Positions 49,957-58,853 of a stretch of DNA of 64,000 bases are shown one piece after another (the stretch's first letter is position 1; the number at the start of each line of letters is the position of its first letter). Made by a program: the position numbers and the translations under genes. A model generated the notes under the pieces. That model was given only the letters and a program-made list of their open reading frames with translations, had not been told where the DNA came from and searched no databases. This DNA is from Nitriliruptorales bacterium (GTDB lineage Bacteria > Actinomycetota > Nitriliruptoria > Euzebyales > JAHELV01), in the NCBI GenBank assembly GCA_024644015.1, contig JAHELV010000002.1:57799-121798 (forward strand), read 5' to 3'.

Positions 49957-50865
49957 ATGAGACGCATTGTCGACCGCGTTGGCCGCCTGCAGCGACTCGC
50001 GGTCTTCGAGGCGGCCGCCAGGCTCGGCAGCTTCTCCGCGGCGGCGCGTGACCTGGAGATGACCCAGCCGGCGGTGACGCGCCACATTCGCTCGCTGGAG
50101 CGCGCGCTCGGTGCGATGCTGTTCACGCGCAGCTCGAACCGCAGCGAGCTCACGGCGGCGGGTACACGGTTACAGCTTGCTGTGGGCGCGGGTTTCGACG
50201 CCATCGAGCAGGGACTGCGCGCGATTGACGCGACCAATGGGGTGTTCGTTCTGGGGGCGTCGCCCGGGCTCGCGGAACAGGTGCTGGTCCCCAACCTCGA
50301 GCACCTACAGAACGCCATCGGCGATCGGGATCTGCGGCTGTGGCTGTCCGATCGGGACAGCGATCTGTCAACCGACGGGTTCGACGCGGCCGCTCGGTTC
50401 GGCACGGGTGCCTGGCCGGGGCTGCAGTCGCGCCTGCTCATCCCTGAGGTTGTTGTCCCCGTCGCCGCACCTGCGCTGGCTGTGGAGCTCGAACTCGACC
50501 AGGAGAGCGCCGCAGCTGCGGTCGCCGGTGCGCCGCTGCTGCACGGCGACCAGGGTGATCGCCAGTGGATGTCGTGGACCACCTGGCTTGGGACGTTCGG
50601 GCTGACGGATCCGACCGGGCCTCGACGGGTCGTCTTCAACAACTACCCGATGGTGCTGCGGCAGGCACTCGCCGGCAACGGCGTCGCGCTGGGATGGCGG
50701 GTGCTTGTCGACGAACTGGTGGAGACAGGCATGCTCACCGTTGTGGGTCCCGAGGTCCGGACCAGGCACGGGTACTACCTGACGTGGGCTGCGGGGCCGA
50801 CAGCGTTGCGGGCCACCCGTCTCGCTGACGCGCTGATCGCGCTGCTCGCTGACCGACAACCGTGA
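49957..50865 (+). CDS. LysR family transcriptional regulator
   Basis: I trimmed the track ORF to ATG 49957. LQRLAVFEAAARLGSFSAAARDLEMTQPAVTRHIRSLERALGAMLFTR is the canonical LysR HTH. Confidence 0.9.
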   Translation: MRRIVDRVGRLQRLAVFEAAARLGSFSAAARDLEMTQPAVTRHIRSLERALGAMLFTRSSNRSELTAAGTRLQLAVGAGFDAIEQGLRAIDATNGVFVLGASPGLAEQVLVPNLEHLQNAIGDRDLRLWLSDRDSDLSTDGFDAAARFGTGAWPGLQSRLLIPEVVVPVAAPALAVELELDQESAAAAVAGAPLLHGDQGDRQWMSWTTWLGTFGLTDPTGPRRVVFNNYPMVLRQALAGNGVALGWRVLVDELVETGMLTVVGPEVRTRHGYYLTWAAGPTALRATRLADALIALLADRQP

Positions 50866-50950
50866 CACCGGAGAACCGGGCCGGCCGCAGGCGTCCGGTC
50901 GCTCGGCGGCGCCGCCGTGCGGTGCTGCGGCAAGGGTGCGAGGCCGCACC

Positions 50951-50979
50951 TTGACGAGCTGCGCGACACTTGCTATCCT
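50951..50979 (+). promoter_or_regulatory. Sigma-70/HrdB-like promoter upstream of the TetR gene, with an overlapping inverted repeat
   Basis: TTGACG (50951-50956), a 17-nt spacer, then TATCCT (50974-50979), inside a locally AT-richer island. CCTAAC (50977-50982) and GTTAGG (about 51005-51010) form an inverted repeat spanning the -10 element to the start codon at 51013. Confidence 0.45.
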
Positions 50980-51012
50980 AACGTCGTTCGGACTTATGAA
51001 CACTGTTAGGCA

Positions 51013-51618
51013 ATGGTGATGCAGCGACGGGTCGCACAGCGACGCAGCCGGACCCGCGACGACATCGTCGCCGCAGCGTGGCGGCTGGCCGAACGGGACG
51101 GCCTGGTGTCATTGACGCTGCGCGACCTGGCCGCGGAGGTCGGCATGCGAGCCCCCTCGCTGTACGGCTACTTCGACAGCAAGGCGGCGATCTATGACGC
51201 GATGTTCGCGCAGGCCTACCGCGAACTCAGCGCCGTCATGTCGACCGTTCTGGCAGACCCCTCCAGCGACCCGGCCGACGATCCCCACGCGTGGCTCGCG
51301 TCCGGTGTCCGGCAGTGGCTGGCATTCTGCCAGGACTCCATCCCGCGGTATCAGCTGATGTTCACCCGTGTCGTCCCCGACTGGGAACCATCACCCGACG
51401 CGTACGCCGCCAGCATCGACAGCTTCGCGCGCATGCGTGACTGGCTGGCGCGGGTTGGGGTGTCCGACGACCGCGACATCGACCTGTGGACGGCGCTGGT
51501 CTCCGGCCTGGCCGCACAGCAGATCGCCAACGAGCCAGACGGCCGGCGTTGGGTCGACCTCACTGACCGCGCCGCCCAGATGTTCCTTCAGGAGATCAAG
51601 GCAAGGACCGCGTCATGA
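51013..51618 (+). CDS. TetR/AcrR family transcriptional regulator
   Basis: TRDDIVAAAWRLAERDGLVSLTLRDLAAEVGMRAPSLYGYFDSKAAIYDAMF is the canonical TetR_N HTH. Confidence 0.9.
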   Translation: MVMQRRVAQRRSRTRDDIVAAAWRLAERDGLVSLTLRDLAAEVGMRAPSLYGYFDSKAAIYDAMFAQAYRELSAVMSTVLADPSSDPADDPHAWLASGVRQWLAFCQDSIPRYQLMFTRVVPDWEPSPDAYAASIDSFARMRDWLARVGVSDDRDIDLWTALVSGLAAQQIANEPDGRRWVDLTDRAAQMFLQEIKARTAS

Positions 51619-52391
51619 CCACGACCCACGTCGACATCGCGAACGTGCCACGGATCCGCCGCGGTCCAGAAGCCGACCGCCTCGCGGCGGCGGCCTACGA
51701 GCAGTTGATCGCGCTGCTCGAGACCCTGCCCGCCGACGCGTGGCGACGACCGACCGACTGCGAAGCGTGGACGGTGCACGACATGGTTGCCCACCTGGTC
51801 GGCGCCGCCCGCGGTCACGCCTCGCCGCTCGAGTTCATCCGACAGGCCGCCCATGGCCAGCAGCACAAGGACAGGTTCGACGGTAACGACATGGACGCGA
51901 TGAATGCCTACCAGGTGCGACGCAACGCGCATCTGACGCCGACCGAGCTCATCGCGGCGCTGCAGACACTGGCTCCGCGCGCGGTCCGTGGCCGCCGACG
52001 CATGCCTGGCGTGCTGCGCCGCAAGCGCATCCCGATGGCACCCAGCGGGTCGGTCCCCGAGGGCACGCCCGCTGACATCGGCCTCGGCGAACTGCTCGAC
52101 GTCATCCTCACCCGCGACGTGTGGCTGCACCGCATCGACATCTGCCGGGCGGTCGATCGCCGGCCCGACATCGATGTCGACATCGACGGCAGGATCGTCG
52201 CGGACGTCGTCGCCGACTGGGCCGCACGGCACGGTCAGCCGGTGCAACTGGAGCTGACCGGACCCGCCGGCGGCCACTACGTGCAGGGCGACGACGGCGA
52301 GCACATCCACGTGGACGCGGTCGAGTTCTGCCGGATCCTGTCCGGCCGCGCCGACGGCGACGGGCTACTGGGCACCAAAGTCGTGTTCTGA
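51615..52391 (+). CDS. Maleylpyruvate-isomerase-family mycothiol-dependent (DinB/MDMPI_N fold) enzyme
   Basis: The ATG overlaps the TetR stop (ATGA). LIALLETLPADAWRRPTDCEAWTVHDMVAHLVGAA matches the MDMPI N-terminal metal-binding pattern. Confidence 0.8.
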   Translation: MTTTHVDIANVPRIRRGPEADRLAAAAYEQLIALLETLPADAWRRPTDCEAWTVHDMVAHLVGAARGHASPLEFIRQAAHGQQHKDRFDGNDMDAMNAYQVRRNAHLTPTELIAALQTLAPRAVRGRRRMPGVLRRKRIPMAPSGSVPEGTPADIGLGELLDVILTRDVWLHRIDICRAVDRRPDIDVDIDGRIVADVVADWAARHGQPVQLELTGPAGGHYVQGDDGEHIHVDAVEFCRILSGRADGDGLLGTKVVF

Positions 52392-52457
52392 GCTGCCGAT
52401 GCGCTCGGTGTGAGGGGCATACTCGTCCTGAGCCAACGACCGAGCAGGTGGTGCGCG

Positions 52458-52556
52458 ATGGCCAACCAGCCGGTCGCTCCGGTCATGCCGCTCGATCCGG
52501 AGCCGGTCGCCGATGCGGCCGACGTGCGGGCGTGGTTCAACGACCGTGACCCGTGA
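52458..52556 (+). CDS. Candidate small ORF (32 aa) ending inside the heptamer repeat
   Basis: ATG 52458 is preceded by AGGTGG. The translation is MANQPVAPVMPLDPEPVADAADVRAWFNDRDP. Nearly every third position is G or C, as in real genes here. It is too short for the ORF track. I see no homology. Confidence 0.25.
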   Translation: MANQPVAPVMPLDPEPVADAADVRAWFNDRDP

Positions 52557-52571
52557 CCCGTGACCCGTGGC
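52544..52571 (+). repeat. Heptanucleotide tandem repeat (CCGTGAC x3 plus CCGTGGC)
   Basis: Read directly from the sequence: ccgtgac ccgtgac ccgtgac ccgtggc. Because 7 is not a multiple of 3, the TGAs at 52547, 52554 and 52561 close all three plus-strand frames. Confidence 0.9.
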
Positions 52572-52622
52572 GCGAGGGGTGCGAGCCGCGGACCGCCGTC
52601 GGCGGTCAACCGACGGTCGTGC

Positions 52623-53096
52623 TCAGACCCGGATGAGCTCGCGGTCGTCGTCGGGCACCGCCGGCGTGGGGCGCTCGCGGTCCCCGAGCTGCCGAGGAAT
52701 CCCGCAGACGCCGCGCTGACCGCAGCGGCCGAACACCGCCATCAGCGGAAACACGATCCACCAGACGCCGTTCATCAGCATGACGGCGGCGAAGACGACG
52801 GCCACCGTCGTGAGCAGGGTACGTCCGCTGGGCATGGGCAGCCGTAGCCGGGCATGCGGCGTGTCGGCGATCTGTGGCTGCAGCGCGGGCAGGTCGCGGA
52901 GCACCGGCGCGAGATCGGCGCGGGAGGTCGCGGCGAGTGCTTCGCCCACGCGCTCCTCGAACTCCTCCATGGTCAGCCGGCCGTCGGCGGTGTGCTGGCC
53001 GAGGGCCTCGATGACCTGATCCCGCTCGGTGTCCGACGCTCGGAGGTGTGCGTCTTCGGCAGCCACGGCGCGCTCCTGTCGATCGTTGCTCACCAT
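52623..53096 (-). CDS. DUF1707 (SHOCT-like) domain membrane protein
   Basis: LRASDTERDQVIEALGQHTADGRLTMEEFEERVGEAL is the DUF1707 signature. It is followed by the hydrophobic LLTTVAVVFAAVMLMNGVWWIVFPLMAVF. Confidence 0.75.
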   Translation of the reverse strand: MVSNDRQERAVAAEDAHLRASDTERDQVIEALGQHTADGRLTMEEFEERVGEALAATSRADLAPVLRDLPALQPQIADTPHARLRLPMPSGRTLLTTVAVVFAAVMLMNGVWWIVFPLMAVFGRCGQRGVCGIPRQLGDRERPTPAVPDDDRELIRV

Positions 53097-53317
53097 CCTA
53101 ACTTGCCGCGGGGGATGGACTCGTCATCCGTTCGGTGGACATCGCGCGGTCCGGCGGACCATGACACCATGACAGGCCGCTCGGCCGTGCACGCGCGAAA
53201 CGATCAACTGGCCTCCTTCACCTGACCGTCGTGCTCGTGCATCGTGATCGGCGTCGCGACCACGGCCGACAGCCTGCGATGATGCCACCACGCTCGATGC
53301 TCCGGAGGAGGTCGACG

Positions 53318-53932
53318 ATGCGATCGGCCAGGCTCACCGAGACGTCACCGATGCGCACATTCAACCCGAGCACCGTCGGCACGCTCGAGTGCACCGCGTG
53401 GACGTCCTACTACCGGCGCCAATGGCTGCGGTTCCTGTATGCGGTGCTGGCGGTCACGCGGCACGCATTCGGCCTGTCCCGAACACAGACGCTGCCCGCC
53501 GCGTGGTGGGTGCTGCGAGCCAACCAGGTGTGGGCGCCGTACCCCGACAACGATCCGGACGCCGCCCGGCGGCACATGGCGCGCTTCTACGCGCTTGTCG
53601 GCCGCGCCAACGGTGAGCAGGTCGACCCGGTCACGGCAGCTCGACTCGAGGTCCGTTGGTGGCACCTGCACCGGACCCTGCAGCGCGAGCAGCCGGGCGA
53701 CGATGGCGGCCCGCTCATCGACGCGCTCGCAGACCTGTACCGCTACGTCTACCAGGTCGACTCCCCGGCGGTCCGGATCGCTGCGGCCGAACGCGCGGGG
53801 GCCATGGGCCTGTCCGATCGTTGGGTCGGGTCGGGTTGTGATCTGTCGAGCCCGTTGATCCCGTTGGTGCGCGCCGCGTTGGTGCGCTCGTACGCTGCGC
53901 TACTCGCTGCCGTGCACGGTCCACGGGAGTGA
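53318..53932 (+). CDS. Hypothetical protein (204 aa)
   Basis: GGAGGAGG RBS lies 6 nt before ATG 53318. GC3 is high. The Trp/Arg-rich helical pattern (WTSYYRRQWLRFLY...WWVLRANQVWAPYP...RLEVRWWHLHR) does not match any family I can name. Confidence 0.55.
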   Translation: MRSARLTETSPMRTFNPSTVGTLECTAWTSYYRRQWLRFLYAVLAVTRHAFGLSRTQTLPAAWWVLRANQVWAPYPDNDPDAARRHMARFYALVGRANGEQVDPVTAARLEVRWWHLHRTLQREQPGDDGGPLIDALADLYRYVYQVDSPAVRIAAAERAGAMGLSDRWVGSGCDLSSPLIPLVRAALVRSYAALLAAVHGPRE

Positions 53933-54004
53933 TGGGCGAGCCGGGGACACGCCACGGGGCCGACGCCTGCACATCGACCCCGGGCGAAGTCGTGCAGAAG
54001 GGTG

Positions 54005-54850
54005 TCAGGCGCCCACCTCGACCGGAACCGCCACGAGGCTGCCGTACTCGGTCCACGATCCGTCGTAGTTACGTACATCCGGGTAGCCCAGCAGCTCCGC
54101 GAGGACGAACCAGCTGTGAGCGGACCGCTCACCGATGCGACAGTACGTGATGACCTGCCCGTCGGGCGTGATGCCGTGGCCCTCGTACAGCGCGCGCAGT
54201 TCGTCGACCGCCTTGAACGTGCCGTCGTCGTTGGCGGCCTGCGACCAGGGGATGTTGGCGGCCCCCGGTACGTGTCCGGCGACATAGGGCTGCTCCTGCG
54301 GCAGGTGCGGTGGTGCCATCACGTCGCCGCTGAACTCGCCGGGGGAACGCACGTCGACGAGCATCCCGTCGGTCGCTGTGTGGGCGATGACGTCGTCGCG
54401 AAACGCCCGCAGCTCGGGCCGGTCGGCGCCGCGGACGAAGACACCCTGCGACACGGCCTTCGTTTCGGTGGTGACCGGTCTGTCCTCGAGCTCCCACTTG
54501 GTGCGGCCGCCGTCGAGCACGGCGACGTTGTCGATGCCGCGGTAGCGGCACAGCCAGTAGGCGTAGGCGGCGAACCAGTTGTTGTTGCCGCCGTACAACA
54601 CGATGGTCTGGTCCGACGAGATGCCCTTGGATGCCAGGAGCGCCGCAAGTTCGTCGCCCGAGACGAAGTCGCGTCGCGGCAGGGCGTGCAGTTCGTGTTC
54701 CCAGTCGAGGGCGACGGCACCTCGGATGTGGTTCTCGGTGAATGCCGCGGTGTCCTCGTCGACCTCGACGACCGCGATGGCGGGGTCGTCAAGTCGGTCC
54801 ACGAGGTCGGCAGTGCTGATCAACGCCGTCGAGTGCGTGATGCTCGTCAT
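54005..54850 (-). CDS. Thiosulfate/3-mercaptopyruvate sulfurtransferase (tandem rhodanese domains)
   Basis: I trimmed the track ORF to ATG 54850 (MTSITHSTALISTADLV). There are two rhodanese domains. The active-site loop is YCRIGERSAH (C-R-x-G-x-R). Confidence 0.9.
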   Translation of the reverse strand: MTSITHSTALISTADLVDRLDDPAIAVVEVDEDTAAFTENHIRGAVALDWEHELHALPRRDFVSGDELAALLASKGISSDQTIVLYGGNNNWFAAYAYWLCRYRGIDNVAVLDGGRTKWELEDRPVTTETKAVSQGVFVRGADRPELRAFRDDVIAHTATDGMLVDVRSPGEFSGDVMAPPHLPQEQPYVAGHVPGAANIPWSQAANDDGTFKAVDELRALYEGHGITPDGQVITYCRIGERSAHSWFVLAELLGYPDVRNYDGSWTEYGSLVAVPVEVGA

Positions 54851-55036
54851 TGCTTTCTCCCAGGTCGTTCGTTCCGCGCGGCCGGTTGACCGCTGCGACT
54901 GCGAGGAGCATGGCGAGCGCCGGTAGAAGACGGGTAGATGTGCGGTACCGCCATGAGCGCGGCAGGTGGTCGGCGAAGGGCTCGGCCTGCCACGAGGAGG
55001 GCTGTGCACACGTGCGGCGGACGCGCTCGCTACCAT

Positions 55037-58000
55037 TCACGCGACGTGGGCGCCGAGCGCGAGCGCGACGGCCGCGTCGAGGTCCATGGCCTGACCCTGC
55101 CGCCACGCCCGGTCGAAGCCGGCGTCACCCATCGCTGCCCGCAGCTCGTGAATGGACCTGCGGCGCTTCCTGCGGGCAGCCGCCCTGACCGGGACCGCGT
55201 ACTCGCGTCCAAGCTTGTCGACGAAGCCATACAGCGTGGCGGCCTCCTGCAGCCGGCCCGATGACGCGAGCAGTCGGGCCATGCCGGCAACAGCCACGCG
55301 GCTGGTCTGCGCCTCGTCGAGCGTGCGGCCGAGCTCGATGCTTCGCCGCAGCGCCTCCGTGGCGCCGGCATGGTCGTCACGCTCGACCCTGGTGATGCCC
55401 AGCGCCGTCAGCGCCCGTACCGAGCACCGCAGGTCGCCCAGTCTGCGCAGGCGTGAGAACGCGTCCTGCAGCACGTCCTCGGCCTGGGCGTTGTGTCCCT
55501 GTCGCCGCAGGATCTTGCCGTACTCGAGGTGGGCGTGCGCCTCGTCCTGCGGGCTGCCGACCTCGTCGAAGATGGCAAGACTGCGCTCGACCCAGGCTCG
55601 GGCGTCGTCGAGGTTTCCCACCGCCTGGGCGCTTCGGGCCGCCAGCTTGTAGAGCACCACCGCCTGGCGGCGTCTGTCCCCCGCCTGGCGATAGCGGTCG
55701 AGGCTCTGCTCGAGGTAGCCGATCGACCGTTCCGGCCGCTCGTAGAGCGGCTGGCCGAGGCGTTCCAGGCACAGCGCGATCTCCCACGGATCTCCGATCC
55801 GTTCGAAGATGGCCAGCGCCCGCGTGCCCAGCGCCTCGGCGCGGTCATGGTCCTCCCGCACGCCTTCGGCCAGGGTCAGCGCCCGCAATGCCTTGGCCTG
55901 TCCGGCTTCGTCCCCGATGCGCCGTGCCTGCGCCAGCGCCTCGCTCGCATACCGAATGGAGTGCGACAGGTTGGTCGACACGAAGACATCGCTGGCTGCC
56001 ACCCGCGCGGCGATCGCGAGCTGCGGCGTCGTCTCGTCGGACAGCTCGACCGCTCGCCGGAGCTGTTCCTGCCCTTCGTCCCGGGCTCCCAGCGAGTCCC
56101 AGTAGTCGGCGAGGGCGACCGCCAGCCGGACCGCTGTCGTGGGGTGGTGGGGGAATGACCAGCGCAGCGCCTCGCGCAGGTTGTCCGCGTCGGATTCCAG
56201 ACGCCGCAGCCAGGGCTCCTGCCTGGGGCCTCGCAGTTGTGGTGCCGCCCGTTCAGCGACGGTGCGGAAGTACTCGGCATGCGCACGCCGCATGCGGTCG
56301 GCTTCTGCGCGGTCGAGTCGTCGCTGGCCGTACTCTCGAAGCGTCTCCAACAGGCGGTAGCGGGTCCCCACCGCCGGTCGATGGACGATGCCCACGAGGG
56401 ACTTGTCGACCAGGTCGGACAGCACGGTCAGGATGTGGTTCGGAGCCAGCGGGGCGGCCCCGCACACCTGTTGGGCGGCCTCGAAATCGAATCCCCCGCG
56501 GAACACGGAGAGGCGGCGGAACAGGGCTCTGCCCGCCGGTGCGAGCGAGTCGTAGCTCCAGTCGATCGCGGCCCGCAGTGTCTGGTGCCGTGGCGCGGCC
56601 GTACGTGTCGGGGACGACAAGAGGTCGAACCGTTCCCCGAGATGTCGGCTGAGCTGCTCGGGCGGGATGCTCCGCGCCTTGGCCGCCGCGAGCTCAAGCG
56701 CCAGCGGCAGGCCATCAAGACGGCGGCAGATCTGGGCCACCGCCGAGTCCGTGCTGCCGTTGAGCTCGAACTGCGGGTCGACCGCCTGCACCCGTTCGAC
56801 GAACAGCTGCACCGCATCGAACGCTGTGATCTGCGCGTCGTCATCGGTCGGGAATGCGAGCGGTGCGACGTCGTGGATGGTCTCCCCGACGACGCCCAAC
56901 GACTCGCGGCTGGTGGCGAGCACGGTGAGTCCCGGGTGGGCCGACAGCAGCCCGACAGCGAGCGGCGCGACCCCGTCGATGACATGCTCACAGTTGTCGA
57001 GCACGAGGAGCAGGACGCGTCCGGCCAGGTAGCTGTCCAGCACCGCCCGCGTGCGTTGCCCCGGCTGGCTCGTGACCCCGAGCGACGAGGTGATCGCTTC
57101 GACGACCTCCTCCGGCGACGCGGTCGGCGCCAGCTCGACGAGCCACACACCGTCCGGGTACGCGGCGGCAAGATCCTCGGCCACCTCGATCGCAAGCCGG
57201 GTCTTGCCCGAACCGGCCGGACCGACGAGGTTGACGAGCCGTGATACCGACAGCAGGCGACCGAGATCGGACAACTCCTTTGCCCTGCCGACGAAGCTCG
57301 TGAGTCGCGCTGGCAGATTGCCGGCAAGCGTCGGCGCCCTGAGCCGAAGCGCCGGGTCGTGCTGAAGGATCTGTTGCTCCAGATCGACGAGCTCGGGCGA
57401 CGGATCGACGCCAAGCTCCTCGCCGAGGGTGCTGCGGAGCCGGCTGAACGTCGCAAGCGCTTCCGCATGGCGCCCGCAGCGGTACAGGGCGAGCATCAGA
57501 TCCGCCCAGATTCCCTCACGGAACGGATGCTGGGACGCGAGCTCCTGGATCCGGGGTAGCAGCAGGTCGTGCCTGCCGAGTTGCAGGCCGACGTGCACCT
57601 GTTCCTCGACCGCGACGGCGTGCATCGCCTCGAGGCGGCGGATCTCACCGGACAGGCCGGCGCCCGCATCGAGGTCGGCCAGCGGGGCACCCCTCCACAG
57701 CGCCAGCGCGGCCGCAAGCTGGTCCCAAGCGTGCTGGGGATCCCCACGTTCCCGCGCCGCAGCTGCGGCCTCGACAAGGTGCTCGAAACGGAACGCGTCG
57801 ACGTGAACGCGATCCGCGGCAAGGGCGTAGCCGTCACCGTCGGTCACCACGACCTCGTCGCCGACGCGGCTTCGCAGCTCCCACACGTACTTGTGCAGCA
57901 TCTTGCGGGCCGTCGCGGGAGGCCGCTCCCTCCACATGACGTCGATCAGCTCGTCCACCGACACCGGTCGCGGCGTGCTGAGTGCGATACGTGCGACCAG

Positions 58001-58096
58001 GAGCTGGGGCTTCGGGCCGCCGATTGCGACGGGTCGGTCGTCCTTGAGGACCCGAACAGACCCCAGGATTTCGATCTGCACAGTGTTGGCGGTCAT
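55037..58096 (-). CDS. AfsR-like SARP family regulator (winged helix + BTAD + NB-ARC/STAND ATPase + TPR)
   Basis: I trimmed the track ORF to ATG 58096 (MTANTVQIEILGSVRVLKDDRPV). BTAD: FRFEHLVEAA...ALWRGAPLADL...REGIWADLMLALYRCGRHAEALATFSRLRSTLGEELGVDPSPELVDLEQQIL. P-loop: LVGPAGSGKTRLA. Walker B: LLVLDNCEHV. The C-terminus is long and TPR-like. Confidence 0.85.
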   Translation of the reverse strand: MTANTVQIEILGSVRVLKDDRPVAIGGPKPQLLVARIALSTPRPVSVDELIDVMWRERPPATARKMLHKYVWELRSRVGDEVVVTDGDGYALAADRVHVDAFRFEHLVEAAAAARERGDPQHAWDQLAAALALWRGAPLADLDAGAGLSGEIRRLEAMHAVAVEEQVHVGLQLGRHDLLLPRIQELASQHPFREGIWADLMLALYRCGRHAEALATFSRLRSTLGEELGVDPSPELVDLEQQILQHDPALRLRAPTLAGNLPARLTSFVGRAKELSDLGRLLSVSRLVNLVGPAGSGKTRLAIEVAEDLAAAYPDGVWLVELAPTASPEEVVEAITSSLGVTSQPGQRTRAVLDSYLAGRVLLLVLDNCEHVIDGVAPLAVGLLSAHPGLTVLATSRESLGVVGETIHDVAPLAFPTDDDAQITAFDAVQLFVERVQAVDPQFELNGSTDSAVAQICRRLDGLPLALELAAAKARSIPPEQLSRHLGERFDLLSSPTRTAAPRHQTLRAAIDWSYDSLAPAGRALFRRLSVFRGGFDFEAAQQVCGAAPLAPNHILTVLSDLVDKSLVGIVHRPAVGTRYRLLETLREYGQRRLDRAEADRMRRAHAEYFRTVAERAAPQLRGPRQEPWLRRLESDADNLREALRWSFPHHPTTAVRLAVALADYWDSLGARDEGQEQLRRAVELSDETTPQLAIAARVAASDVFVSTNLSHSIRYASEALAQARRIGDEAGQAKALRALTLAEGVREDHDRAEALGTRALAIFERIGDPWEIALCLERLGQPLYERPERSIGYLEQSLDRYRQAGDRRRQAVVLYKLAARSAQAVGNLDDARAWVERSLAIFDEVGSPQDEAHAHLEYGKILRRQGHNAQAEDVLQDAFSRLRRLGDLRCSVRALTALGITRVERDDHAGATEALRRSIELGRTLDEAQTSRVAVAGMARLLASSGRLQEAATLYGFVDKLGREYAVPVRAAARRKRRRSIHELRAAMGDAGFDRAWRQGQAMDLDAAVALALGAHVA

Positions 58097-58346
58097 GGTC
58101 CGTCGAGCGCGACGCCGTGCGACACGTCGGTAGCGAAGCGTTGCCGGCGCCGGCGGTCTCCATCCGAACGCCGCCGACGGGCGTTCCACGGACAGCACAC
58201 TGCAACGTCGAGCACGAACTGGAGTATCGCCGGTCCAGCCAGCGGGCGACAGGCCGGGCTGGCGACGAGCCGGCGGATCAGCTCGTCCACGGAGGAGCGG
58301 CGCGGCCGTGACACGCGCGACCCCGTGGTGCATGCTCGCTTTCCGA

Positions 58347-58853
58347 ATGGAAAGGGCGGCGACGGTGGCGACGAAAGACTACGAACGGCCCGAGATCACG
58401 GTGCACTGGGATTCGTCCCGCTGCATCCACACCGCGATCTGCCTGCGTGCGCTGCCGGAGGTGTTCGACGTCGACCGACGACCGTGGATCGACGTGGAGG
58501 CCGCGTCGCCCGAGGCCGTCGCGGACGCCGTGATGCGCTGCCCGACCGGCGCGCTGCGTTTCACGGCGGCGGCACTGACCGAGCCGGCACCGCCGTCCAC
58601 TGCGATGCGCCCGGTGCGCGGCGGGCCGATGGTCGTGCGGGGCGATGTCCAGATCGTCGACGCCGAGGGCAACCTCATCGCGCGCGAGACGCGTGTCACG
58701 CTGTGCCGCTGCGGCAACTCGGGCAATCAGCCGTTCTGCGACAACTCGCATCGCAGGGCCGGCTTCGACGAGCCTGAGATCCGCGCACCGCGCACCGCGG
58801 AGGCGCCGGACGACATCTGTGCACCGCAGCCAGGCTTCCGGGGGGATACGTGA
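58347..58853 (+). CDS. Iron-sulfur protein: divergent 4Fe-4S mono-cluster-like domain (DUF1271 type) fused to a CDGSH-type zinc-finger/2Fe-2S domain
   Basis: ITVHWDSSRCIHTAICLRALPEVFDVDRRPWIDV...MRCPTGALRF is followed by VTLCRCGNSGNQPFCDNSH (C-x-C-G-x-S...P-F-C-D-x-S-H). Start is ATG 58347 (MERAATV), preferred over GTG 58308. Confidence 0.75.
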   Translation: MERAATVATKDYERPEITVHWDSSRCIHTAICLRALPEVFDVDRRPWIDVEAASPEAVADAVMRCPTGALRFTAAALTEPAPPSTAMRPVRGGPMVVRGDVQIVDAEGNLIARETRVTLCRCGNSGNQPFCDNSHRRAGFDEPEIRAPRTAEAPDDICAPQPGFRGDT

